Assembly: GCA_030295235.1 (NCBI GenBank)
Contig: AP026125.1
Coordinates: forward strand, 992,001 to 1,056,000
Length of the DNA: 64,000 nt
DNA from: Fistulifera solaris
Lineage: Eukaryota
Direction of reading: 5' to 3'
A program made the translations under genes and the position numbers. The stretch's first letter is position 1, and every line of letters starts with the position of its first letter. This document shows, in pieces, positions 36,921 to 47,334 of the stretch. Below the pieces are notes generated by a model. That model saw only the letters and a list, made by a program, of their open reading frames with translations. It was not told the DNA's origin and ran no database searches.

Positions 36921-37049
36921 CCCTTACGAGTACGAGAACCGCAACAAAAAATAAAGATCCGGTGAAAAAGATTGCAGTTCTCGTGAACGCCATTTTCATT
37001 TCAAAAGAAGTTCTCTGGTTGCATTTTTGCAGAAAACTACAAACTTATC

Positions 37050-38015
37050 ATGAAGAAAGAACGAGATCCGAAGAAAACGTTATCAGCGGCCGCAAGTGCT
37101 TTACAATCGATTGCCAAACCAGCGGTTCAGTTCCTCACGTTCGTTATTCCGCACGTCATTCTTTTGTCGAAATCTGTCTACAATTATTACGAAAAGCTCC
37201 CTCAGAATGCGTTGCTTTTCATTTACGGATTTGTGATCTGCTTTTTCGGGGGTACTTTTCCGGTACTCTTTGCGGCTCTTCAAGCAGCGGAGCATTCGGG
37301 GAGAAATGCTGTGGTGCTAGCCGTATCTGACCTTGCGAATGAAGCTATTGTGATCATCGAAGAGTCTAAGAAAGACGATGACAAGGACGAAGATAAAGAC
37401 GGAAAAAGAGACGTGGATCAAATTTCGAACTCAGAATTTATAGCGCGCAAAACGAAGCTTGTATTAGCGAAGATGAACCCCGAAAAAGTTGACAATGCTA
37501 TTTCATCCATCTACAGGGTTTGGCTGGCGGTTGCTGCAGTCTTGATGATAGAGTTTGCTCAAACTATTTCAATGGCCATGTCGATATCTGACTTTCTGAA
37601 GAAACCGATCGATCGTTTCCTCGCGCCCACTGTACGAATGGCTGTCCCTGATCAGTATCACAAATGGGTTCCAGTCGTTCTGGGTTGGACTGCAAAAGCT
37701 ATTGCCATTGCAATCGCCTTTACCATCGACTCTGTCGTATCCGGATTCGCATCAGCACTAAAGGGTGGTCTCATGATGGCACAGGCTACCTATCAGTTTC
37801 TGGTCTTCCGCGAGATCAAGTTGGGTGGCCTTGTTAAATCCCCGGATCACAATGAGTCGAGCTTGGACGAAGGATTATCGTATGTCTTTGCCGGCTTGGG
37901 ATTCTACTTTCAGCTCAGATCCGGTTTTTCGCTACCATTCCCGCTTAACTTTCTCCTGTTTCCATTCAGATTTGCGGAGAACTGGATTAAATGGTCTCTT
38001 ATCAAAAACTCCTAA
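37050..38015 (+). CDS. Hypothetical multi-pass membrane protein
   Basis: 321-aa ORF with several hydrophobic helices and an EF-hand-like acidic loop DEDKDGKRD. Confidence 0.75.
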   Translation: MKKERDPKKTLSAAASALQSIAKPAVQFLTFVIPHVILLSKSVYNYYEKLPQNALLFIYGFVICFFGGTFPVLFAALQAAEHSGRNAVVLAVSDLANEAIVIIEESKKDDDKDEDKDGKRDVDQISNSEFIARKTKLVLAKMNPEKVDNAISSIYRVWLAVAAVLMIEFAQTISMAMSISDFLKKPIDRFLAPTVRMAVPDQYHKWVPVVLGWTAKAIAIAIAFTIDSVVSGFASALKGGLMMAQATYQFLVFREIKLGGLVKSPDHNESSLDEGLSYVFAGLGFYFQLRSGFSLPFPLNFLLFPFRFAENWIKWSLIKNS

Positions 38016-38115
38016 GTTTACCACGGCTCCTTCATTTTATTATGTTGTATCTCTATAAATCTAGCTTTCCTAACGTCTTTTTTCTACTCTCTACATCCCT
38101 GTTTACACAATGTTC

Positions 38116-39747
38116 CTACGGTTTATAATCAGAGGGCATCTCGCCGCAATCAGCAATGATAACGTCGACATCGGGCTTATCGCTCGCACCCGTCTGCACA
38201 TTCTCCATCTTGCGAACAACATCCATACCCTCGACAACATGGCCGAAAACAACATGCTTGCCATCAAGGTGTGGCGTATCACGGCAAGTAATAAAGAACT
38301 GCGATCCATTTGTGTTAGGTCCGGCTGCACTCAGAAGCAACGTGGTGATTCAAAGAATAAAGAAATGTTAGATAAGTGCAACAACCTAAACAAGCCATTA
38401 ACATTCAAGACTTACAGTTTGCCATAGACAAAAGACCTTCTTTTGTATGTTTGATGGAAAAGTTCTCATCTTTCTGCACAGCTGGTAATGCTGCCTCTCC
38501 ACCGGTTCCGTTGCCATTTGTGAAGTCTCCTCTGTGGACGGGCAATGCACAAACCTTGTGAGCGAACGGACGCAAAAAACAACAACACTTGGTCAGATGC
38601 ACACGTAACGTACCCTTGCAACATGAAGTCCTTGATGATTCGGTGAAATGTACACCCTTTGTAGTGAAGAGGTTTGCCCATTTTGCCTTCTCCCTTCTCT
38701 CCGGTACACAACAAGCGAAAGTTTTCAGCCGTCGTTGGCGTGATATCCTTGTACAGCTGCATAACGATGCGACCGAGATCCTCGTCACCGTGCATGATTT
38801 GAAAGTACACATGGGGATTATCACCTTTTGCATTGGGCACAAGAAGGTCTTTCTTGTCGCCGTACATATCCACTTTGCCTAAAAACCCTCCAAACGCCGC
38901 TTTCTCTCTCTTTTTGTTTTCAACAATAGCTTCTTTCAACTGAGCCAACGCCTTGCGAATGTCCTTATTGCTCTCATCGACTTCATAAGCCGCCATCAAA
39001 TCTGCCTTGGCTTCCTTCAACAGCCCCATGTTCATACGAGCCAAGCCGCGACGGTAAAGCGCTTTCACATTCTTGGCTTCCGAGTCGATTTCCAGCACCG
39101 AACTACTCGCTCGAACCGCTTCGGGCCAATCCTTGGTCTTGATGTAGCACATGGCCGCATTCGACCAGCAGCTGACATACAATTCTCGTTCTTCTTCCGG
39201 CACAGCATTACCCGAGATCCCCTCATCCACCGAATAATTGGCAGCATCCTCGTATTTGCTGACAGCCTCCGTGAACTTTTTTTTGCTGAAACAAGTCGGT
39301 ACCCTCCGTCTTCAGTTTTTTCGCTCGATCGAGTCGTTCTTCTGGAGTCATCTCCCACTTTTCTTTCTGCTTCTCGTTGAAACCAAGCAACTCGACTTCG
39401 AAATGAAGAGTCGCATTGGGAGGAATCTTCGGTGGACTACCGCCGTCGCCGTAACCGTACTCGGGCGTAATTTCGAGCATCGCCTTTTCTCCGACTTTCA
39501 TGGAAGCAAATCCTTCATCCCATCCTTTAATCACCATACCCTGTCCAATGGTGAACTTGAACGGGACGCCGCGATCCAGACTGCTGTCAAACTTGGATCC
39601 ATCTTTGGCTAAAGTCCCCGTGTAGTGGGCCGTCACTTCATAGCCTTCCGGGGAGGTCCTTCGGCCGACTCGGGGGCGGCTTGGAGGATCTTTTTTCTTG
39701 ACTCCTCCGTCTTGCTTCTTCGAGACATCAATCCACTCGTCGGACAT
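38116..39747 (-). CDS. Dual-family immunophilin FKBP-TPR-cyclophilin (FCBP type); introns and frameshifts
   Basis: [52 protein letters not shown]; cyclophilin [44 protein letters not shown]. Confidence 0.93.
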
Positions 39748-40021
39748 GCTGGGAAGTGTTTGTAATTATATATTTAATTGACTTTGATGATAAAGGAAAG
39801 GCTGACGATTTTTTATGAGGAGTGAGTCGAATGAATGAGGGCCGGCGAAAACGCGGACGAACGCTTTACCTTGCGCTTTACACTCGTTTGTCTGTGTCAG
39901 AGTGTACCCTGTGAACGAATACAAATTGTACACGTGGAATGCATAACACTGTTGATATTCACTGCTGTACTACATTCATTGCTCATTGACGATTCACTAC
40001 AGCATACTTTATGGAACCTCT

Positions 40022-40550
40022 ACAGATTTTCTGTGTGACCGTGTCCGGACTCTCTGGAACGTGCACAACATTTCGGTAGGATCGAAAAGATCTGGTCCAG
40101 AGTTTCTGGACCAACCCAGAATTTCTGTATGATCAGATGATCAGGCATTTCTATTCCAGAATTTCTGGAACGTGCACTTTCTTTGGTTATGATCCAAACA
40201 CAGTCTCCAGAATTTCTGGAACGTGCACAGTATTTCGTTATGATCCACAACCACCGCGTCCAGAGTTTCTGGAACGTGCACAACATGTCGGTAGGATCGA
40301 AAAAAAACTGGTCCAGAGTTTCTGGACCAACCCAGAATTTCTGTATGATCAGATAATCAGGCACTTCTATTCCAGAATTTCTTGAACGTGCACTTTCTTT
40401 GGTTATGATCCAAACATAGTTTCCAAAATTTCTGGAACGTGCACAGTATTTTGTTATGATCCACAACACCGCGTCCAGAGTTTCTGGAGCGTGCACGTCA
40501 TTTCGGTAGGATCGAAAAGATCTGGTCCACAACCACTACACAATTTCTGT
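40022..40550 (+). repeat. Higher-order repeat: ~215-bp units built of ~51-bp subunits, core TCCAGA(A/G)TTTCTGGAACGTGCAC (related to family C)
   Basis: Cores at 40044, 40155, 40206, 40259, 40371, 40422 and 40474; equivalent subunits are offset by 215-216 bp. Confidence 0.93.
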
Positions 40551-40743
40551 AAATATCGAACGTACGATGGACAAACGCTTGCACGGAGTAACCTTTAACC
40601 TTGCAGGAAAGGTCGCAGCCATCAAACAATAAAAAGAGGTGCAACCCAAGAACGTGGTGCAACCCTCATCGCTGTTATTGCGTTCCATTCTTCTTTTGAA
40701 ATGGATACGATCACCCTTTGTTAGTTGACACTTCTTTTGTCAA

Positions 40744-43700
40744 ATGAAACGAATTACTATTTTTCTGTTCTTAATGGCTCACCAGTGCCGCTTTTTCAAA
40801 CGAACATCCCCTACGGTGGTGCTTGCATTTCGAGCCGGAATAAATTCGCAAAATCGACACCGCTGCATTCGAACGGATACTTTGAGAAAAACCTTTTACC
40901 GCAATCAACTACTACCATTTTATACAATATCAAATACTATTTTAAAAAAGCCAGCTGTCAACTGGAGCTGATGATACAACGCAACAACCTCCATATTTAG
41001 TCGGCTTGAATCCGAGTCAAATCGAAGCCGTCACGCAACCATCACAAACTATCACACGGGTGATTGCGGGACCTGGTTCAGGGAAAACGCGGGTACTAAC
41101 ATGTCGCATTGTGCATTTACTGCAACAAAGTCCAAAAATACGCATTCTTGGAGTTACCTTTACGAAAAAAGCAGCGGGTGAAATGCAAAAACGTGTCGAA
41201 GCGTTACTTAGAGAACAAGATGCCCTGCATCAAGATCCTTACGGAGACATGGATCCTTTAATTCAGACGGAAGATTTCACCGGCGATCCGTCTTACACAC
41301 CAAGTGCACCTCCGCGAGATTTACATCGAGTCTCTCTGGGCACATTTCATTCCATCTGTTCCAAAATTCTGCGATGGAATGGAGCCTTGCTCTCCGGCCT
41401 GCCATCCGTGGCGTTTGACATGCAATATTCACAAAATGCAACACAACTTGATCAAAATTTTGCCATTATTGATCAATCGGATCAGGTCCGTATCATACGG
41501 GAGTTGATGAACGCGAAGAAGGGGGATATATCCGAGGAAATAAAACCCTTGGTCATTCTGACTGCCATTGCACAAATCAAGCAACAACTAGCACAAGGAG
41601 AGAATCCATTTGCATCCGGCGGTCGGAATAAGGACAAACCGCCCTCTTTTGTTTCCAAACTGGCACTGGAATTCTATCCCAAGTATCGTGAGGAATTGCT
41701 TGCTACCAACTGTCTTGATTTCGATGATCTCATTTACATGACGAGAGAGTTGCTCATGGAGTATCCCGATATACGAGCCCAGTTACATCAACGATGGTCT
41801 CACATTCTCGTGGATGAGTTTCAAGATACCTCACGTATTCAAATGGATTTGGTTAAGCTGCTCACGTCGGGCAGTCTTTTAGTCGTTGGTGATGCGGATC
41901 AATCAATTTACTCATGGCGAGGCGCGCATGCTTCTAGTTTGATGGACTTTGAAGAAGAACTGGAAGGGCACCCATCGGGGAAGATGAAGACAGTATATTT
42001 GATGGAGAACTATCGAAGTACATCCAATATCGTCAAAGCTGCTCAGAAAGTAATATCTAGCTCTCAAGAAAGCAAATTAAAATCAGCAGCCGATAAGATA
42101 CGACAGGAAATGAAACCCAAACGAGGATCTGGGCCTTCCCCAAGGGTAGTTGCATGCGCAGATGCTAAAGCAGAAGGTATGCTTTTTGTGTGCATGACAC
42201 CCATTGTAGTGGGACTCCATATCATCCTCACCCATCGATTAGCCGACTTTGTCGTTGATCATATCAAGGAGCGACTAGGAAGCGGAGATTATGATTCGAC
42301 GAAAGACGTGGCTTTGATTTACCGAACGAATGCTCAATCTCGTGCACTCGAAGAAGCTTGCGTCAAAGCGTCTTTGCCTTACGTCATTTTTGGTTCAGCC
42401 ACCAGCTTCTACAAACGGCAAGAGATAAAGGATACACTTTGTTTCCTTAGGTGGATCAATAATGGGTACGACAAATCCTCTATGCTTCGAGCGATGGTCA
42501 CTCCCAAACGTGGGATTGGAGATGCCGCTTTAAGTGAATTTGATGCGTTTTGTTCAGAATCGCAACTTCAATGGAAGGACGTTTCGTCCGATCCAGGTCC
42601 CTCGCCCCTTGACGTTCTCCTTTCGCTATCGGGGCCTACCAAGTTTGACGAAAAGATGTCTTTTGACCCGACGGGTATCCTTTCAAGTCGGTCTTTGAAA
42701 CCTTTGAGTGCTTTTTTCGCAGCAAATTCGATTAATATGCGATGAAGCAAGGCAGAAACCGGTTGAAAAGTTGCTTGCCACCATTGAATCTGAGCTCAAA
42801 TTATTTGAGCACTTTGATAAGATATCCAAATCGAAAAGTGAGTTTTTGGAGCGAAAAGCAAACTTTGAAGAATTACAGAACGCGGCGAGAAAGCATACAG
42901 ACGAAGGCCCTGCACTTGGCAAGCCTAACGGCGAAGCGAATGATGGTGAACTCAGCACACCCCTGGGAAATTTCTTGGACGATGTTGCCCTCGTTACCGA
43001 TGTCCTTGACGCCGCAAAGGACGGCGATAACGATTCGTTTGTTGTTAAGTTAATGACGATTCACTCGAGCAAAGGTATGGAGTTTGATACCGTTTTTCTC
43101 GTTGGCAACGAAGACGGGACACTCCCCACCGCACAGGTATGTTGACTGCAAGACACAATTTGCTCGTTTACTTTCCTAACCAGATGGTATCACATTTCAG
43201 GCTATCTTGGAAGGCGAGGGTTCCGTGCAGCTGGAGGAGGAGAAACGTCTTTGCTACGTAGCTATGACACGTGCGAAAACAGAGCTTCTTATGACTTGGA
43301 GAAAAGAGGTACCAATTTTTACTAAGGAAGGAATCCGCACAGTGAAGAAAACGAGAAGTAGATTTTTGGATGTTCTCGTCAAGAAAGCAGGAAAAGATTC
43401 CGAAGTAGTCAAAGGTGAAAAGGGTGAACGAAACCATGAAAAGAAAGCGACGGGGACATCGCATGTCTTTAAGAAAAAGTCGTCGGCTTCAGACCCATTG
43501 ACATTGAGTGAGGGCCGTCGACAATATTCGACTTTTCAATCGGCTCAATCTAGATCGCGGCAGGCTCTTGATAGTAGTCAACGAAGCAGAAAGTCTTTGT
43601 ACGACTTTGATTCAAGGCTCCCCTCTAGGAGCCCAGCATCAAGTGAACCATCAGTTGCTCGCAAAACTTCACATAGCGTAACAGCAACACTGCCGTCTGA

Positions 43701-44331
43701 GGATCAATTTAGAAGTAACCAATCGGCGCCAGCCGCTAAAAGCAGCGCGGCTTCATTTAAGCGAGACAGGTCGTTGTATGATTTTGATACAAGACTCCCC
43801 CCTCGAAACCCACCAAACCATAAACCATCTACCGTCCGCAAACCCTTGTACAATGTCACCGCAACGCTTCCGTCTACTGACCAGTTTTCCGCTTACCGTT
43901 CAGAGCCTAAAAGCAGCGCGATGAGTCCTGGCCAACCGTCCACAATGAAGGCAGCGTCAAGTCCGCTGCCGACTCGGCCAACTTTAACCCAGAAACGAAC
44001 AACTATCAAAAGCAACGAGTCGGGTCGATCTCCACAAAGAAATAATGAGCTTAATAAGAACGAAGCCATGACTGCGGACGCAGAAGCCACCTCTAGACCT
44101 TCGCCGCCTGTCTCAAAGGCATACGAGAAGGTTACAAAGTCTCAAACTATGGATTCTACATGGTTTTACCCTGTTGGTTCCGTTGTGAGACACAAAACAT
44201 TCGGTAGAGGTGTTGTTGTTCAGCCTGGGCAGTCCGCTGAGGAGAAGTTGAATGTATTCGTCCACTTCGACAACGGCGTGAAAAAGGATTTTTGTGCTAC
44301 GGGGAATGAAATCTCGTTGTCTCTGTCATGA
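40744..44331 (+). CDS. uvrD: UvrD/PcrA-family SF1 DNA helicase with targeting presequence and C-terminal Tudor-like domain
   Basis: LNPSQ, VIAGPGSGKT, TFTKKAAGEM, LVDEFQDT, VGDADQSIYSWRGA, LMENYRST, LMTIHSSKGMEF, EEKRLCYVAMTRAK, VGSVVRHKTFGRGVV. Introns 42177-42242 and 43137-43200. Frameshifts at ~40944 and ~42712. Confidence 0.93.
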
Positions 44332-44428
44332 CGTATTAAATTGCGTAATAAAGGGGTGAATGATTGCAATACGAAACATCTCGCACGAGACAATTTATTG
44401 ATGCCATCGTGGGGTCCCTAATCTCTAA

Positions 44429-44833
44429 TTAGTTTATCTTTTCTAATTCTTCACGAAACCTTCGAAAAACGGAGCTTTGTAAATACCTCTGTAATCGACG
44501 TGTTTCCCAGTCTTTGCTTTCTTTGTTTTTAGCCGGATGACGCGCTTTACGGGGTGCTTCCTTTTCCACTGGCTGATGCTGTCGCGACATGTCAATAATG
44601 TCGACACGTCCAGCCGCAGCTTTTGGCTGCCGAACCACGTGCTGTGCTTGGTAACCTTTTCCAACTTCAAAGTTTTGAAACTGCCGCAAATCGACCGCAG
44701 TTGGGGCACTAGAAACGGTAGGACGAGACATTGTATCCATTTCAAGATCAGTTCTCCACCCTCTCGTCTTCAACACTCCCTTCGGCAATCCCGGACCCCC
44801 GTTTGAAGAACTTTGCGACTCTGTATCGCTCAT
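44429..44833 (-). CDS. Hypothetical protein
   Basis: 134-aa ATG-initiated ORF convergent with the helicase; no motif recognised. Confidence 0.55.
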   Translation of the reverse strand: MSDTESQSSSNGGPGLPKGVLKTRGWRTDLEMDTMSRPTVSSAPTAVDLRQFQNFEVGKGYQAQHVVRQPKAAAGRVDIIDMSRQHQPVEKEAPRKARHPAKNKESKDWETRRLQRYLQSSVFRRFREELEKIN

Positions 44834-44951
44834 CTCAGCTGCTCATCTTATTATTTGTTACTCGCCGCACACACTAACACTCGCGACGCGATGTCGTAAA
44901 AAATAAAATTATGCATTCACGCCTGAAATGCAGTCGTGGTATGCCACTTCT

Positions 44952-45445
44952 AATGTCTAAGCCAAATCCACGTAGGCCTCGTAGGAATTTTATCGATGCA
45001 GGTAGCAACCGGAACGTATCGAACTCGATCGCAGATTATTTTGGGTCCGATAGCGACAAACTTCATTGCACCAGTCCTAAACATGCATGCATAGGGATCA
45101 TTTACAAGAATAGACATTGATTGGAACACCAAACATGAAAACGACAACAGATGCAATGTTGCGAAATGTCTACGTGATTTTCACGTAGGCCTTCGTAGGG
45201 AAATTTATCGACAGAGGAAAACCCGGATATTGTGTAATTCGACATCATCCATTCTTTTTTGCTGTGTATGACTGCAATGTCACATAAAAAAACTCGCCAG
45301 CATCAACGATTCACACTAATAAACGATAATTGCAATCGAAATCGAAACAAAACGTAGAAAAGAGCGAACATACAACGCTTCGAATATCTACGTGAAATAT
45401 TCACGTAGACCTCGTAAGAATTTTATCGATGAAGGGAGCAACCGA
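44952..45445. repeat. Three copies of repeat family A (spacing 213 and 218 bp)
   Basis: Cores at 44952, 45165 and 45383; perfect inverted repeat TCTACGTGAA-ATA-TTCACGTAGA at 45387-45409. Confidence 0.88.
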
Positions 45446-45685
45446 CACTTACCGGTAACACAAAAACAGTTCACCTTATAACGGCACTCGATGACAGGGT
45501 ATGAAACGTGAAGCTGAGTAAAGTTGAGTGTTCACGCACTTGGGTACAGTTTCTCTTAGAGTTGTGTTGTGGTGATGGAGGTGCACGCAGTTAGCGGTTG
45601 CTCGGCATTTCATTTTTCGCTTTCGGCACGACAAAAAAGTCATTTGTCGTTTTACTCAAACGTTTGTTTAATGTTATAGAAGACC

Positions 45686-46815
45686 ATGAAGCTTACGAAA
45701 GAGCTTGTACCCGCAGAAATCCTGCAAGAGATCTTTGATTCTCCTATTCCTTACCGCGATGCAGCGGAAGAGAAATTAACCAAGGTAAGTTTCGTCAAGC
45801 TTTGACTGACCAGTCGTCGGTGCGGTCATGATGCTTACCGTCATTCGATTTTCTGACTCTCTTATACACAAAATATAACAGGACTTGTTCGGAACTCTTT
45901 CGGCGGAGGATGTCGAAATGGCAGCTCAGGGATCCTATGCATATTGGGTCGCTAAACACTCTTCCAATCCGCCAACAGAGGAGCAGAAGATTAAGATGGC
46001 CATGCGCGAAGCTCGGCGCCATATTTACGGAGTTAAATACCCCGATGCCGTCAAGAACATTAAGGAAACATGCAAATACCGCAGGGTAAGTGAAACTACG
46101 TACAGACAATTTACTTTTGGACATAATATAATCCTCACTTTGCTATCCCTTTCAATCAATTCAGGAGCGAAACATTTCACTTTATCGAGCTTGCTTTGCG
46201 GATGGCGCCGAGTTTGAAACCGAGGAAGAGGCCCAATTCGTTGAAAAATTGAAAGCATCCATTACATCGGAAATGAAGAAGCAGCTTGCGTACGTACGAG
46301 GCAAAGACAAGGAGAACCGGGCTTTGCTAGTCGTTCATCCACGTACGGACAAATCTACCGTAGACGAGGATTTCGTTGCCAATCTAATCTATATTGTGGA
46401 ACGAGCTGCCGCTGTAACGGAATTTTCTTCGCGTGGCAAGGAGGAGAAGCTTATCGTCGTCTTAGACTTCGGCACTTTCAGCTCGTCGTTATCGCCACCG
46501 ATGAGTGCGGTCAAGGGAATCGTTGGAGTCTTGCAGTCAAAGTATTCGGAGCGTTTGAAAAACCTGGTTATTTTGGATCCTCCGTTGTGGATGAGAACGC
46601 TGTATGGACTTATTAAACCGTTCTTGGATCCTATCACGAAAGCCAAATTCATCGTCGCGACGGGCGCCAAGAAGAAGCATGAAGTACTAGCTTCGCTCAT
46701 TTCCGACGACCAAGCCATGCCGTTTATGCTTCCAAACGGTAAACTTGTTGGTGATGTGGAGATTGATCGTTTCTTGAAAACAGTTCCGTTCCACTGTCCT
46801 TACGACGAAGTTTAA
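45686..46815 (+). CDS. CRAL-TRIO (Sec14-like) lipid-binding protein, paralog 1; 2 introns
   Basis: RGKDKENRALL, IVVLDF, YSERLKNLVILDPPLWMRTLYGLIKPFLDPITKAKF; introns start at 45785 and 46086. Confidence 0.87.
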
Positions 46816-47334
46816 ATCTGGCAAACCGTCTCTTGAATTTCCAGTAAATATCGAGCGGCGGGTCGCACAGACAAAAGAGATTATGAATAATAGAATGCCT
46901 TTTCTCAACTAATCTTTCATTGACTCTTAAACTCTTTGGAGAGTTACTCCGTATAACACCTAGAGATAATGTGAATTAACAAGACTCATCGAGCTTTTAC
47001 TGGGTAGTCAAATAGTCGAAACATTCTGCACCCGTAACCTACAGTACAAAGAAGGTCACAAAACCTGATGCTCGCTTGCGTGTCTCGCACCTTTTCCGAT
47101 GATACGGAAATAGGAGAATGAGTACCGTATTGGAAGTCCATTATACAGTACAATCAAGGTAAAAATAATGCAAACCCAGAACAGAAAGACACTCTCGGCG
47201 GATCTCGCACGGATCGCGACATCGCGATGCCATTCTGATTCGATGGCTAAGAGGTCTTCTAACCATTTTAGCGGTCGCTTTTCATAAAGCATATCCCTCT
47301 TTCTTGATAAAGCCTCACTCATAAAGGAAGGGGT

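Noticed and set aside
40020..40532. ORFs 40020-40532(-) and 40137-40385(+), and likewise 60656-61428(-) and 55726-56067(+)
   Set aside because: These are translations of the tandem repeats with no protein-like features.
11766..44331. Bacterial contamination or an HGT island suggested by ssb, frr, aroK, puuE and uvrD
   Set aside because: These genes carry spliceosomal introns and/or eukaryotic targeting peptides and are interspersed with clearly eukaryotic genes.
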